Assembly: GCA_009758405.1 (NCBI GenBank)
Contig: WSBC01000004.1
Coordinates: forward strand, 114,634 to 178,633
Direction: 5' to 3'
DNA length: 64,000 bases
DNA from: Methanobacteriota archaeon
GTDB taxonomy: Archaea > Thermoplasmatota > Thermoplasmata > Thermoplasmatales > ARK-15
Shown here: positions 9,376 through 20,046 of the stretch, in pieces
Layout: the number at the start of each line of letters is the position of its first letter
Numbering within the stretch: position 1 is the stretch's first letter
Notes under the pieces: generated by a model
Database searches by the model: none
Told to the model about the DNA's origin: nothing
The model's input: the letters and a program-made list of their open reading frames with translations, nothing else
Made by a program: the position numbers and the translations under genes

Positions 9376-9796
9376 TTGACCTACCCTGGTACTTGTTATA
9401 TATCTCCTCAACCTTCCTCTCAATGGCAAGGTACTGTCCCTGTACCTTTTCACTTTCCTGACTGAGCTTTAAATGTAAATCTTCCATATCTTTTATCCTT
9501 GATCTAATCATCTCCAGTGCTCTATCAATGCTACTTTCTATAATTACCCCACTACCAAGAGGTATCATTGCCCTCTTTTTTTCACTCGGATTTAAATAAA
9601 TATAGGTATCTGCGCCTATGTTTACAAGCAATTCCTTTTCCTCTAGCTTCAAATAATTTTCTAAGGTCACCCTTGCTCTATTGTGTTCTTCAATCTGTTC
9701 CTTTAGATATGCTATTTGAACGCTTAAATTCTCCATGTGCTTTTTTAAGATGTCTGCGGTAGCAATTAAATCCTCTAGTGTATTCTCATTCTCCAT
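9359..9796 (-). CDS. pfdA: Prefoldin subunit alpha
   Basis: Coiled coil with two beta hairpins (LVNIGA, IPLGSG); conserved L18a-pfdA-ftsY order. Confidence 0.9.
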   Translation of the reverse strand: MENENTLEDLIATADILKKHMENLSVQIAYLKEQIEEHNRARVTLENYLKLEEKELLVNIGADTYIYLNPSEKKRAMIPLGSGVIIESSIDRALEMIRSRIKDMEDLHLKLSQESEKVQGQYLAIERKVEEIYNKYQGRSNVQNP

Positions 9797-10031
9797 TTTC
9801 TCCACCTGCTTTCTTGTACCTATGTATTGCTCTTGGATCGGTAGCATCCTTAAGTGGTATTGAGTATGCATCCTCAATTCTAATTTCCCTTCTTTTCTTC
9901 CTGTATATACTTCCTAGGAGTGAGTAGAAATAATCCTCTGCCTCTTGCTTATTCTTCGCAGTTACCTCCTTGCTAATATGTACCCAATTTTTGCCTTCTT
10001 TGTAATTTCCTATTATTCTATAGATTTTCAC
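9786..10031 (-). CDS. rpl18a: 50S ribosomal protein L18Ae (LX)
   Basis: MKIYRIIG..KEV.A....A....YSLLGS..R.KR..IRI; upstream of pfdA. Confidence 0.88.
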   Translation of the reverse strand: MKIYRIIGNYKEGKNWVHISKEVTAKNKQEAEDYFYSLLGSIYRKKRREIRIEDAYSIPLKDATDPRAIHRYKKAGGENGE

Positions 10032-11272
10032 TTAATCACCCCCGAAAATTTACTTTTTGATAACTTGAGTGCCTCAAGACCTGGCATCTCTTCACCAGAT
10101 AAAAAGTTTATCAATGCACCGCCACCAACACTAACGTGTGTGAATTTCCTGTTAAGATCCAACTTTGCAATAACAGATATTGTATGTCCCCCTCCTGCAA
10201 CCTTAAAACAATCAAGATCGGCTATTGCCCTGAATATCTCTATAGTTCCTATTGCAAATTCTTCGATCTCATAAACACCCATAGGCCCATTAAGTATTAT
10301 TGCCCCAGAGTCCTTTAACATTTCTTTATATTTTGCAACTGTGCCGATTCCAATGTCCATAATTGGATCCTCCACAGGAAGTTCTGAAATTTCTACCTCA
10401 TATCTATGTCCATCTTTTTTAATTGCAAGATCCTCGGGAAGTACTATCTTATCTCCGTATTTGGATAATAATTCCTTGCAAATGTTAAGAAGTTCATCCA
10501 ACTCTCCAAGCTCCTTTTTAAGAAATTCCACATTTACCTTCCCTATATCGACACCCTTTGACAGTAGGAAAAGGTTTGATACAAGCCCTCCAGTAAATAT
10601 TTTATCTATTATACCTTTGTTGAGAAAATTTTTAGCTACCTTTAATGAGTCATCCACCTTTGCTCCTGCAAGTATAGCATATTTTGGTCTTGTATTATCG
10701 CTAAGGAATTTTGAAAGCATCGTAATCTCTTTATCCATTAGAACCCCCGCTAAATTGGGTAAATCCTCCGCAAAACCCACCAGCGTGGTCTGTGGTCTAT
10801 GTATTGCTGCAAATGCATCATTGATGAAATAGTCAAAAAGGGGTGAAAGCCTTTTTACAATGTGGGATTTCCTCTGTATTGATATTGGTTCATCTGCAAG
10901 TACCACATCCTCTGAATAGAACCTTGTATTTTCAAGGAGTATCATATCACCATCCTTCATTGACTTAATTTTTTCAATAACAAATGATTCAAAGAGTCCA
11001 TCCACATACTCAACAGGTCTCCTCAATAATCTTGAAAGCACCTCTGCATGTCTTTTGGTAGTAAGGAAATCCTTTTTCCCTGGCCTTGACTGATGAGCCA
11101 TTATAACTACCTTAGATTCTCCTAGCCTTTTAAGTGTATCCAGATGTGCAACAAACCTTGAGGTATCAAGTATTTCACCCGTTTCCGTATTTACCGGAGA
11201 ATTAAGATCAAGTCTAACAAGCACGCGTTTCCCCTTAAGATCAAAATCATCCATGGTGAAATAATCTTTCAT
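10028..11272 (-). CDS. pgk: Phosphoglycerate kinase
   Basis: RLDLNSP, HQSRPG, LLENTRF, NDAFAAIHR, GGGH and SVGGGA. Confidence 0.97.
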   Translation of the reverse strand: MKDYFTMDDFDLKGKRVLVRLDLNSPVNTETGEILDTSRFVAHLDTLKRLGESKVVIMAHQSRPGKKDFLTTKRHAEVLSRLLRRPVEYVDGLFESFVIEKIKSMKDGDMILLENTRFYSEDVVLADEPISIQRKSHIVKRLSPLFDYFINDAFAAIHRPQTTLVGFAEDLPNLAGVLMDKEITMLSKFLSDNTRPKYAILAGAKVDDSLKVAKNFLNKGIIDKIFTGGLVSNLFLLSKGVDIGKVNVEFLKKELGELDELLNICKELLSKYGDKIVLPEDLAIKKDGHRYEVEISELPVEDPIMDIGIGTVAKYKEMLKDSGAIILNGPMGVYEIEEFAIGTIEIFRAIADLDCFKVAGGGHTISVIAKLDLNRKFTHVSVGGGALINFLSGEEMPGLEALKLSKSKFSGVIK

Positions 11273-11357
11273 GAAAATGAGTATTACTTTTATTAATATA
11301 GTATTTATGCTTCATTTTAGAAAATATTTATATTGTTAGCATCGATTAGGGTTTTCT

Positions 11358-11909
11358 ATGTTTGAAGTAAGGTTTCATGGAAGAGGTGGTCAAGGGGCAG
11401 TTACAGCAGCAAACATCCTTGCCACGGCTGCTTTTCTCGAGGGAAATGATGTACAATCCTTCCCTTTCTTCGGTGTTGAGAGGAGGGGAGCACCAGTAGA
11501 GGCATATACAAGAATAGATAATAAAAGAATAGATATTAAGATGTATATCTACAATCCTGATGCAATTGTGGTCCTAGATACATCTTTAATGGAAAAGGTG
11601 GATGTTTTAAAGGGATTAAAAAAGGGTGGATATATAATATTAAATACACAAAAGAAACCTGAGGACTTTGATTTTAAAGATTATAAGGTGGCAGTTGTAG
11701 ATGCCACAGACGTGGCGGTTAATCTTGGGCTCGGGTCCAGATCCTCTCCAATAGTAAATACTGCAATACTTGGTGCATATGCGAAGGCAATAGGAAATGT
11801 TAAAATAGAAAGTATAGTTCAAGCAATAAAAAGTAATGCACCCACAAGACCCGATGATAATGCCAAGGCAGCTTTGGAATCTTATAATAGAACAATTTTA
11901 GGATGGTGA
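11358..11909 (+). CDS. porC: 2-oxoacid:ferredoxin oxidoreductase gamma subunit (operon 1)
   Basis: [12 protein letters not shown] and [10 protein letters not shown]. Confidence 0.92.
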   Translation: MFEVRFHGRGGQGAVTAANILATAAFLEGNDVQSFPFFGVERRGAPVEAYTRIDNKRIDIKMYIYNPDAIVVLDTSLMEKVDVLKGLKKGGYIILNTQKKPEDFDFKDYKVAVVDATDVAVNLGLGSRSSPIVNTAILGAYAKAIGNVKIESIVQAIKSNAPTRPDDNAKAALESYNRTILGW

Positions 11910-11916
11910 TTAAATT

Positions 11917-12219
11917 ATGAAAATAAGTAGAGGTGCCACAATTACCGAACCAGGTAGTACTTCCTTGGAAGAGACAGGGTCATGGAGGACATTCAGGCCA
12001 GTGATAAGGTATGAGAAATGCATAAGATGCATGATATGCTGGAATTTTTGCCCTGAACCTGCAATTGAGAAAAAGGAAGGTGAAAACTACCCTGTTGCAA
12101 ACCCGAAGTTAATAAAAATGCCTGTTCCAGTGATAAACTATAATTTTTGCAAGGGTTGCGGTATATGTGTGAATGAATGTCCTACAAAGGCAATTGATTT
12201 CATAAGGGAGGAGAAGTAA
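11917..12219 (+). CDS. porD: 2-oxoacid:ferredoxin oxidoreductase delta subunit (2x[4Fe-4S])
   Basis: TGSWRTFRP, CIRCMICWNFCP and CKGCGICVNECP. Confidence 0.92.
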   Translation: MKISRGATITEPGSTSLEETGSWRTFRPVIRYEKCIRCMICWNFCPEPAIEKKEGENYPVANPKLIKMPVPVINYNFCKGCGICVNECPTKAIDFIREEK

Positions 12220-12220
12220 A

Positions 12221-13420
12221 ATGCCAATGATGATGTTAAGGGGGAATGAAAGTACTGCCTATGCTGCAAAACTTGCAAGGGTGAAGGTAATACCTGCATA
12301 TCCTATAACACCTTCAACACTGTTTCCTGAAAAGATCTCAGAGCTCATAGCAAATGGAGAAATGGAGGCAGAGTTTCTTCCTGTAGAGAGTGAACATTCA
12401 GCATTATCTGCAGCTATTGGCGCAGCTGCAACAGGAGTCAGAGCGATGACTGCCACAGCAAGCCAAGGCCTGGCCCTGATGCATGAGGTCCTTTTCATAG
12501 CAAGCGGTATGAGGATGCCAATCGTAATGGCAATTGGCAATAGGGCATTAAGTGCTCCTGTAAACATATGGGCAGATCAGCAAGACACAATAGCGGAAAG
12601 GGATTCTGGATGGATACAATTTTATGCAGAGACTAATCAGGAGGCTTTGGACCTAACATTAATAGCATTCAAGGTGGCAGAAAATGATAAAGTTCTTCTT
12701 CCTGCAATGATGGGAATGGATGCTTTTGTACTCACACATACAATGGAACCTGTGAATGTTCCAGAACAGCAGGACGTTGATGAATTTCTAGGTGAAAAAA
12801 AGATCAACTATCCTGTACTTGATCCTGAAAAACCTGCTACCTTTGGTGCCTTCGTTTTTCCTGAGCACTATATGGATATAAGGTATTCGCAATTTATTGC
12901 CATGGAACATGCAAGGTCTGTAATAGACGATGTTTTTAATGAATTTGAGAAAAAATTTGGTAGAAGGTATTCAAAGGTTTCTGGTTTTATGGTGGATGAT
13001 GCTGAAATAGTTTTTGTAACAATGGGATCTATGACAGGAACTGCAAGAGAAACTGTGAGAAAACTAAGGGAAAAGGGTGAAAAGGTGGGTTTAGTAAAAA
13101 TCACTGTTTACAGGCCGTTTCCCAAAGAGGAGATCGTTTCATTAACAAAAAATGCAAAGGTGGTGGCTGTTGTAGATAGAAATATAAGTCCTGGATTTGC
13201 AGGAGCCATATTTACAGAAACAGTAGCAAGCTATAATAATGAAAAGAAGAGGCCAAAAATAATTGATTTTATTATGGGCCTTGGTGGAAGGGACGTAAAA
13301 ATTGAGAACTATGAGCAGGTATACAATTTAGCCAAGGCTGCTTTAAGGGGTAAATTCAAGGAGATCAATTGGATTGATGTTGATGAGGAGGCCGTTAAGG
13401 AAGTGGAGGGAACATTATGA
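12221..13420 (+). CDS. porA: 2-oxoacid:ferredoxin oxidoreductase alpha subunit
   Basis: AYPITP, VESEHSA, TASQGLALMHE and GLGGRD. Confidence 0.92.
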   Translation: MPMMMLRGNESTAYAAKLARVKVIPAYPITPSTLFPEKISELIANGEMEAEFLPVESEHSALSAAIGAAATGVRAMTATASQGLALMHEVLFIASGMRMPIVMAIGNRALSAPVNIWADQQDTIAERDSGWIQFYAETNQEALDLTLIAFKVAENDKVLLPAMMGMDAFVLTHTMEPVNVPEQQDVDEFLGEKKINYPVLDPEKPATFGAFVFPEHYMDIRYSQFIAMEHARSVIDDVFNEFEKKFGRRYSKVSGFMVDDAEIVFVTMGSMTGTARETVRKLREKGEKVGLVKITVYRPFPKEEIVSLTKNAKVVAVVDRNISPGFAGAIFTETVASYNNEKKRPKIIDFIMGLGGRDVKIENYEQVYNLAKAALRGKFKEINWIDVDEEAVKEVEGTL

Positions 13421-14310
13421 ATTACGAAGATATGGAATTTTTTGCGCCTGGTCACAGAGCCTGTGCAGGTTGTGCTGCACCAATAATAGTAAAGTGGGTG
13501 CTGAAAATATCAGGGCCCAAAACGATTGTTGTAAATGCCACAGGATGTTTAGAGGTTTTCTCAACCCCCTATCCCCATACATCTTGGAGGCTCCCCTGGA
13601 TTCATACTGCATTTGAAAATGCGGCTGCAACAGCAAGTGGTATAGATGCTGCCCTTAAGGCGATTGGAAAGAGGGATGATGTAAACATAGTTGTCTTTGG
13701 AGGAGATGGAGGTACATCAGACATTGGTTTTCAGAGCTTGAGCGGTATGGCAGAAAGGGGGCATAATATACTCTATATCATGTACGATAATGAGGCATAT
13801 ATGAATACAGGCATACAGAGATCTTCCTCAACTCCATTTGGGGCTTGGACCTCCACCACACAGGTAGGTCCCTCAAGACCCCTGGGCAAGGAGGAATTTA
13901 AAAAACCAATCGCAGAAATTATGGCTGCACATAAGATACCCTATGTGGCCACTGCAAATCCCGCATTCCTTCCGGATTTTAAAGCAAAGATACAAAAAGC
14001 ACTTTCAATAAAGGGTCCAAAGTTCATACACACTATTTCAAGCTGTACAACGGGATGGAGGCATGATCCAAGCAAGACTATTGAAATTATGCGTCTTGCC
14101 ACAGAAACAGGTATTTTCCCTCTATGGGAAATAGAAAATGGAGATTTCTCCAAAATAAAAATTACCTATATGCCAAAACAGAGAAAACCTGTTGAAGAAT
14201 ATTTAAAACCCCAGGGAAGGTTTAGACACCTTTTCAATGAGCCAGAAAAAATAAAGGAAATACAGAAGATGGTTGATGAATGGTGGGCTAAGTTTGAAAC
14301 AAAATCTTAA
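13417..14310 (+). CDS. porB: 2-oxoacid:ferredoxin oxidoreductase beta subunit (TPP-binding)
   Basis: GHRACAGC, GGDGG..DIG and YDNEAYMNTGIQRS. Confidence 0.92.
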   Translation: MNYEDMEFFAPGHRACAGCAAPIIVKWVLKISGPKTIVVNATGCLEVFSTPYPHTSWRLPWIHTAFENAAATASGIDAALKAIGKRDDVNIVVFGGDGGTSDIGFQSLSGMAERGHNILYIMYDNEAYMNTGIQRSSSTPFGAWTSTTQVGPSRPLGKEEFKKPIAEIMAAHKIPYVATANPAFLPDFKAKIQKALSIKGPKFIHTISSCTTGWRHDPSKTIEIMRLATETGIFPLWEIENGDFSKIKITYMPKQRKPVEEYLKPQGRFRHLFNEPEKIKEIQKMVDEWWAKFETKS

Positions 14311-15806
14311 ACCATTGGCATCAGACTAACATTTGGGAATCCCTTATTCCTGTCTACAATCAGAGAGTGATAAATTATTCTAGGCTTTATTCCATAGATG
14401 AATGGAACATTTTCTATTTCCACAAGCTTAAGGTAATAATCGGATATATTAATTATTTCATTCTTTAACGACTGTGATTCCCTCACCATGAGTATTGCAA
14501 CATCGGAGGATGATTTAACTGACTGTGCCATATGGAATAATTCCTTTATTGCATTATCAGTTCCTTTTATGTATTCGAGTGTATCAGTACCTATAAAGTT
14601 TAGTACACTCTTATTTTCAAAACCAGTTAGATCAAGTATTGCCCTCAAAAGCCTCTGGTTAACCTGTTGTTCGTCCTTTCCACCAGCAGCAACAACATAT
14701 GGGATGTTTGATTCCTCAACTGTATAATCAACGTATCTTACTTTTTTTCTAAATATATCTGGATCTATGAATCTTGTAAAATCCTTTTCAAGTCTCATTG
14801 GATTCCATCCACCAAGAGGTATCATAAAAATTCCAATATCGTTATATAGAAAGTTTAATCCAATTGGTCTAAATAAAAGTCTTATCTCTTCCATAGAAAT
14901 ATCTTTTCCTATTTCAATTGTAAGGAATGATGAAGGTCTTATTCCATTACCAAGCATTTTATCTAAATCAGGAATTCCTGTGGAATAATAGTTATCATTT
15001 TTTGTTGGTTCAAACTTTGTAATCTCTCTTTTTTCATATTCTTCTGGGTAGAATGTAAGGAATTTACCACCATAAAGTGTATATGAATAACTTGACTGGA
15101 ATATTTCCACTCCCCTAAGCTTATTTATTTTCAATATCCTTTTCCTTCTTCCATCCTCCACGTCATGGTAAAGATATATCACACCATCAACAATATAATC
15201 CTCCGGGCTTATATCCCCCTTTTCTGAAACAAATATTATAGAGGCATTTGCACCTTCTACGAGATCATTCTGTATCATTGATACGAATTGATCTTCCCTA
15301 ATACCAAACCTGGAGGTGATTCCCTCTACAGAATCTATTACGACTACACTTTTGTTTGGCAAATTCATTTCAATCTCATCATATACACGTTTAACTTCTG
15401 GGGCTTGCCTTCCCTGAAAAACCTTTTGATATCCTGATCTTGGAACCTTTTTTGGTTGTTCACCGGTCATCTCCTGTAAAACTCTTCTCCCATACTCCTT
15501 AATAGGCTTTTCTTCCTCCTGAATCTGCGATAGAGCCTCAAGTAGTAGTTTTGAGGCCACAAGGAGTCTGAGGTTCTTTTCCATTCCTTTAAGCCAAGGA
15601 AATTGCTGATAAAGGCTAGCATCTCCCACCCTGGTTGAAAGATAAATAATGTTACTTTTTCCCTGCAATGTTTCTAGTATTTGCAGAGAAATTGTTGTTT
15701 TCCCACCTCCCGGAGGCCCCTTTACCAGTAGAGAGTTGCCATTTTTTGAAAGTAAAAACTGTAAAAGCTCATATGGAAATCTGTAATTTATATTCAATCC
15801 ATTCAT
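14307..15806 (-). CDS. GvpD-like/KaiC-RAD55 family tandem P-loop ATPase
   Basis: Walker A GPPGGGKT, Walker B VVIDS and KLRG finger; second RecA-like domain (STGIPDLDKML) has a degenerate P-loop. Confidence 0.8.
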   Translation of the reverse strand: MNGLNINYRFPYELLQFLLSKNGNSLLVKGPPGGGKTTISLQILETLQGKSNIIYLSTRVGDASLYQQFPWLKGMEKNLRLLVASKLLLEALSQIQEEEKPIKEYGRRVLQEMTGEQPKKVPRSGYQKVFQGRQAPEVKRVYDEIEMNLPNKSVVVIDSVEGITSRFGIREDQFVSMIQNDLVEGANASIIFVSEKGDISPEDYIVDGVIYLYHDVEDGRRKRILKINKLRGVEIFQSSYSYTLYGGKFLTFYPEEYEKREITKFEPTKNDNYYSTGIPDLDKMLGNGIRPSSFLTIEIGKDISMEEIRLLFRPIGLNFLYNDIGIFMIPLGGWNPMRLEKDFTRFIDPDIFRKKVRYVDYTVEESNIPYVVAAGGKDEQQVNQRLLRAILDLTGFENKSVLNFIGTDTLEYIKGTDNAIKELFHMAQSVKSSSDVAILMVRESQSLKNEIINISDYYLKLVEIENVPFIYGIKPRIIYHSLIVDRNKGFPNVSLMPMV

Positions 15807-15875
15807 AGTAAAACTATAATGTATTTTATGATATTTAATTTTTATCTTGAATATCTCAGAAAATATATTGCATCT

Positions 15876-16227
15876 TACTTCATAAAAATCCTATCTAATG
15901 ATCCTACTTACCATTATCTGCTCTTTATCTTTTGATTGGATCATTGCTTCACTTGATTGTCCTTTAGCCCTTTATTGGGCTGGGTAATAGATTTGAGTTC
16001 AAGCATTACAAAAATATTATTTTTAAAAAATATAAAAATTTCAACTGAAATTAAATGATTATAAATGGAATTAATAAAAAGAGTACATTAATTAAAATAA
16101 AGTTTGGTGATTCCATCAGATGAATAAAATTAATTTAAAAGGGAAATAATGAAATTTCAGGGATAAAATATCCATAGAATAGGTAAAAATATAAGAAATC
16201 AATTTTTTAAAAGGATTTCTACTGGGA
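15876..16227. mobile_element. MITE copy 1 (~350 bp, degenerate left end)
   Basis: Colinear similarity to 30365-30724 and 33645-33998 (TGGATCATTGCTTCAC, GGTAATAGATTT, AAGCATTACAAAAATATTATT); right end AAGGATTTCTACTGG. Confidence 0.8.
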
Positions 16228-16270
16228 AAAGAAAAATTTAAAATTCCATTTTGATTAATTAATCTTAAGA

Positions 16271-18163
16271 ATGAAAAAAATTAATAAGACCTCCATATCA
16301 ATTTTCGTTTCAATTTTGCTCATAACACTACTAGGAATTTTCCTAAGAATATTACCCTCCTACAGTTATTCCATATGGGGTGTGGACTACGGTATCTATT
16401 ATGCTCTCACCACGGCCTTTGTTAATTTAGGGTTGATATTTCATCCACTTCCTTCAATATGGGGAAGTTCAGGTTATGGAAATTTTCCTATGTTTTACTG
16501 GACCATGATTTTTATACATGATATTACAAATTTAAGTGTAAATTTATTGCTTTTAAAAGTTCCGCCTATATTTGCAGGGCTTACAATTCCAATAATTTAT
16601 TTTATTGGAAAAAAACTGACAAATTCCTATGTTATAGGTATAATTTCTGCATTATTTTTAGCAATTAATCCCATGGAGGTTTTTGAAACATCAATGGTGG
16701 GATTACTTGTATTTGGGCATCTTTTCCTTCTGCTTTCAATACTCTTTTTCATATATTCTAGAGACAATAAGTATTTCTATTTGCCCTTAATTTTATCCTC
16801 ATTTTCATTGATACTTTCCCATCACTTGAGCACATATATGTATATAATTTCTATATTTGGTATAATATACCTAACAAGACTAATAAAGGGTAATTATAAT
16901 AATTATAAGTATGAACTTATATATTTTCTTGCTTTCACTGCAGCAACCTTCTCATATTGGCTCATAATGGTTCCTTCCATGTATTCATTCATAGAGCAGG
17001 GATTTTTAGGAATAATTCCCTGGTATGGAGTTATTGCAATATTTTATATTATTATTTTATTTCTGCTATATATTGTAGGATTCCTTGAAAAATATGTAAA
17101 AAAGATTTCACACATCAACATAGAGATAAAAAATTCCTATTCATTTCTTTTAACACTTTTGCTTGTATTTTCAATATTCATTTTACTCATTACAATAGGT
17201 ATTAAGGGAATTAGGATTCAACCAATAGGAATCATTTACTCCATTCCCTTCATAATTACAATAGGATTTATTGGAGTTGGAATTAATAAAATTAAAAATT
17301 ATGGTGAGGGAGAGATTATTCTATTTGGATGGATATCATTACTCTCATTTTCTTTGATTTATTCAACAATCACCTGGAACGGTGTTTTAATTCCCTATAG
17401 GTATCTTGAGTATTTATTTGAACCCTTTTCAATTTTTGGTGGAATTGGTGTTTATGAAATTTATAGATCCTTTTCTATTAAAAAAATTGGTGAAGAGAGA
17501 TATTATTATTTACCCCCGGATATAGGGGCAAAAGGTAGCTTAATAAGTGGTGAGATAAGATCTGCACCACCAATCTATTTTTCAAATCAATACAAAAAAA
17601 GGGTTTTAGTAAAGGTGGAGAAGGGGGACTTTAAGGTATTTTTTGCAATATTTCTAATAGTGATTGTAATGGTCTCTCTTGTTACTGCATATCCATTCAT
17701 AAACCAGGTAAGTGAGGTTTCACAGAATTACGTAACTCCTGTTATGATGAGTGGCATAATATGGATAGAAAAAAATGGTAATAAAAATTATTCCGTGGCC
17801 ACAGATGCTGTGGATGGATTATATCTTGAGGCGCTTGGTTTTAATTCAACATTTGAATATACCTACTACCTATGGAATTCTTCTTCCTGGAAGGATGCAA
17901 TATATGAACTCGAAGGACTGAATGGAACATATCCAAGGGTAGGTTATGTCTTAATTAATTCAAATATGTATAATAATGGTGTTTATGGTTATCAATTATC
18001 TACCCATCCCTCCTATGATCCACCTATTTATATGAGCAATTCTTCATTCAATAAATTCTTTAAAGAGCCATTCCAGGTTGCATATTATAATTCTACCGCT
18101 GATAAGTCTCAATGGGTTTATGTTTTTATTGTTAACTGGACATTTATTGAATCCAGCAGGTGA
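16271..18163 (+). CDS. Polytopic membrane protein, probable GT-C fold glycosyltransferase-like
   Basis: More than 12 TM segments; LRILP..WGVDYGIYY after TM1; SHHLS; extracellular C-terminal domain with N-x-S/T sequons. Confidence 0.55.
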   Translation: MKKINKTSISIFVSILLITLLGIFLRILPSYSYSIWGVDYGIYYALTTAFVNLGLIFHPLPSIWGSSGYGNFPMFYWTMIFIHDITNLSVNLLLLKVPPIFAGLTIPIIYFIGKKLTNSYVIGIISALFLAINPMEVFETSMVGLLVFGHLFLLLSILFFIYSRDNKYFYLPLILSSFSLILSHHLSTYMYIISIFGIIYLTRLIKGNYNNYKYELIYFLAFTAATFSYWLIMVPSMYSFIEQGFLGIIPWYGVIAIFYIIILFLLYIVGFLEKYVKKISHINIEIKNSYSFLLTLLLVFSIFILLITIGIKGIRIQPIGIIYSIPFIITIGFIGVGINKIKNYGEGEIILFGWISLLSFSLIYSTITWNGVLIPYRYLEYLFEPFSIFGGIGVYEIYRSFSIKKIGEERYYYLPPDIGAKGSLISGEIRSAPPIYFSNQYKKRVLVKVEKGDFKVFFAIFLIVIVMVSLVTAYPFINQVSEVSQNYVTPVMMSGIIWIEKNGNKNYSVATDAVDGLYLEALGFNSTFEYTYYLWNSSSWKDAIYELEGLNGTYPRVGYVLINSNMYNNGVYGYQLSTHPSYDPPIYMSNSSFNKFFKEPFQVAYYNSTADKSQWVYVFIVNWTFIESSR

Positions 18164-18196
18164 AAAGATTTTATTAAAGAATTGATATACATAATT

Positions 18197-19417
18197 ATGG
18201 CTTCTAAGGTTGATGGTGAGCAAAAAATTTACTGGGCAGAAAGCAGAATGGGCATTATATCCAAAATAAGGGAAAGATTCTCTAGGGAACTTCCATTTAA
18301 GGGTATAAGGGTAGGCATGGCCCTTCATCTAGAGGCAAAGACTGCAGTTCTTGCCAAAACATTAAAGGAGGGGGGTGCGGAGGTTTATATCACCTCATGC
18401 AACCCTCTCACCACCGATGATGATGTGGCAGTTGCACTTTCAGATCAACTACATGTTTATGGAAAGAGAGGGCAGACCAGAGATGAATATTATGAAAGCC
18501 TCAATAAAGTACTTGATTCTGAGCCAAATATAATAATTGATGATGGAGGGGATCTCACAACATTATTACACACTGAAAGGAAGTTGGAAATAATGGGGGG
18601 TAATGAGGAAACTACAACTGGTGTAATGAGACTAAAAATAATGGAGAAACAGGGTATTTTAAAATTCCCCATGTTTGATGTTAACGATGCAGAAATGAAG
18701 CATTTATTTGACAACAGGTATGGTACTGGCCAGAGTACTCTTGATGGTATAATGAGTACAACAAATATACTTATTGCTGGTAAAAATGTAGTAGTGGCCG
18801 GATACGGATGGTGTGGGAAGGGTATAGCAATGAGAATGAAGGGAATGGGGGCAAAGGTAACTGTTACTGAAGTAGACCCTGTAAAGGCGATTGAGGCACA
18901 TATGGATGGTTTTATAGTTAAAAAAATGGAGGAGGCAATAAAAGATGCGGATATTGTTGTAACAGCCACTGGGGTAAAGGATATTGTTAGAAAGGAACAC
19001 TTCCTAAAGGCAAAGAATGGTTGTATATTTGCAAATTCAGGACATTTTGATGTGGAAATAAACAAGAATGATCTTTCTTCAATCTCAAAGGAGAAGAAAA
19101 ATGTAAGAAAATATGTTGAAGAATATATTCTAAAAGATGGAAAAAAATTGTACCTTTTGGGGGAGGGTAGATTGATTAACCTTGTGGGTGGCCAAGGTCA
19201 TCCCGTTGAAATAATGGATCTTTCATTTTCCATTCAAGCATTAACTGCAGAATATATAGTAAAGAATCATTCAAATCTGGATAAGAAGGTCTATCCTGTG
19301 CCAAAGGAGATAGATAGAGGGGTAGCAGAAATAGCACTAAATATTTTTGGTATAGAAAAGGACGAACTAACTGAGGAACAAAAAGAGTACATAAACTCCT
19401 GGAATGTGGGAACATGA
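18197..19417 (+). CDS. ahcY: Adenosylhomocysteinase
   Basis: SCNPLTT, EETTTGV, FDNRYGTGQS, GYGWCGKG and GHPVEIMD. Confidence 0.97.
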   Translation: MASKVDGEQKIYWAESRMGIISKIRERFSRELPFKGIRVGMALHLEAKTAVLAKTLKEGGAEVYITSCNPLTTDDDVAVALSDQLHVYGKRGQTRDEYYESLNKVLDSEPNIIIDDGGDLTTLLHTERKLEIMGGNEETTTGVMRLKIMEKQGILKFPMFDVNDAEMKHLFDNRYGTGQSTLDGIMSTTNILIAGKNVVVAGYGWCGKGIAMRMKGMGAKVTVTEVDPVKAIEAHMDGFIVKKMEEAIKDADIVVTATGVKDIVRKEHFLKAKNGCIFANSGHFDVEINKNDLSSISKEKKNVRKYVEEYILKDGKKLYLLGEGRLINLVGGQGHPVEIMDLSFSIQALTAEYIVKNHSNLDKKVYPVPKEIDRGVAEIALNIFGIEKDELTEEQKEYINSWNVGT

Positions 19418-20043
19418 GGTTTCTTGTAATGAGTGACCTTCATTCCATGGTAACACACTATATGTTAGAGGAGATTTCAAAGGAAGAGGATGCCGAGGCC
19501 GTTATACTCCTCGGAGATCTAACAAACTTTGGTCCAGCCGAATTCATTATGAATATTGCTGTTAAGGATTTACCAGTATTCGCAATTCCTGGCAACTGCG
19601 ATCCACCGGAAATACTTAACTATTTTTCTAAGGCAAATATGATCAATATGCATAAGAATTCATACTCCTTTTCTAGATTCAATTTGGTTGGTCTAGGTGG
19701 TGCCGATTACAGCTTTGTAAATCTTGGGATAGGATATACTGACGATTTTGCATATACGTTTCTTAAATCAAAAGTTGATGAAAATACAGTAGTAATGCTT
19801 CATCAACCACCATATGGTATTCTTGATAAGGTGCATGAAAGGCATACCGGAAACAGGGGAATAAGGAAGGCAATAGATGAAAAGAGACCTTTTCTCGTTA
19901 TTTCAGGGCATATACATGAGGAAAGGGGAATCATAAAAAATGAGAGTACTGTATTCTTTAACCCTGGTCCTGCAAAGGAAGGTTATTATGCAATCCTGGA
20001 TATAGATGACAAAAAACCTGAAATAAGGTTATTAAAAAGATGA
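19414..20043 (+). CDS. Calcineurin-like metallophosphoesterase
   Basis: SDLH, GDL, GNCD, HQPP, GHIHE and NPG motifs. Confidence 0.9.
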   Translation: MRFLVMSDLHSMVTHYMLEEISKEEDAEAVILLGDLTNFGPAEFIMNIAVKDLPVFAIPGNCDPPEILNYFSKANMINMHKNSYSFSRFNLVGLGGADYSFVNLGIGYTDDFAYTFLKSKVDENTVVMLHQPPYGILDKVHERHTGNRGIRKAIDEKRPFLVISGHIHEERGIIKNESTVFFNPGPAKEGYYAILDIDDKKPEIRLLKR

Positions 20044-20046
20044 TTT

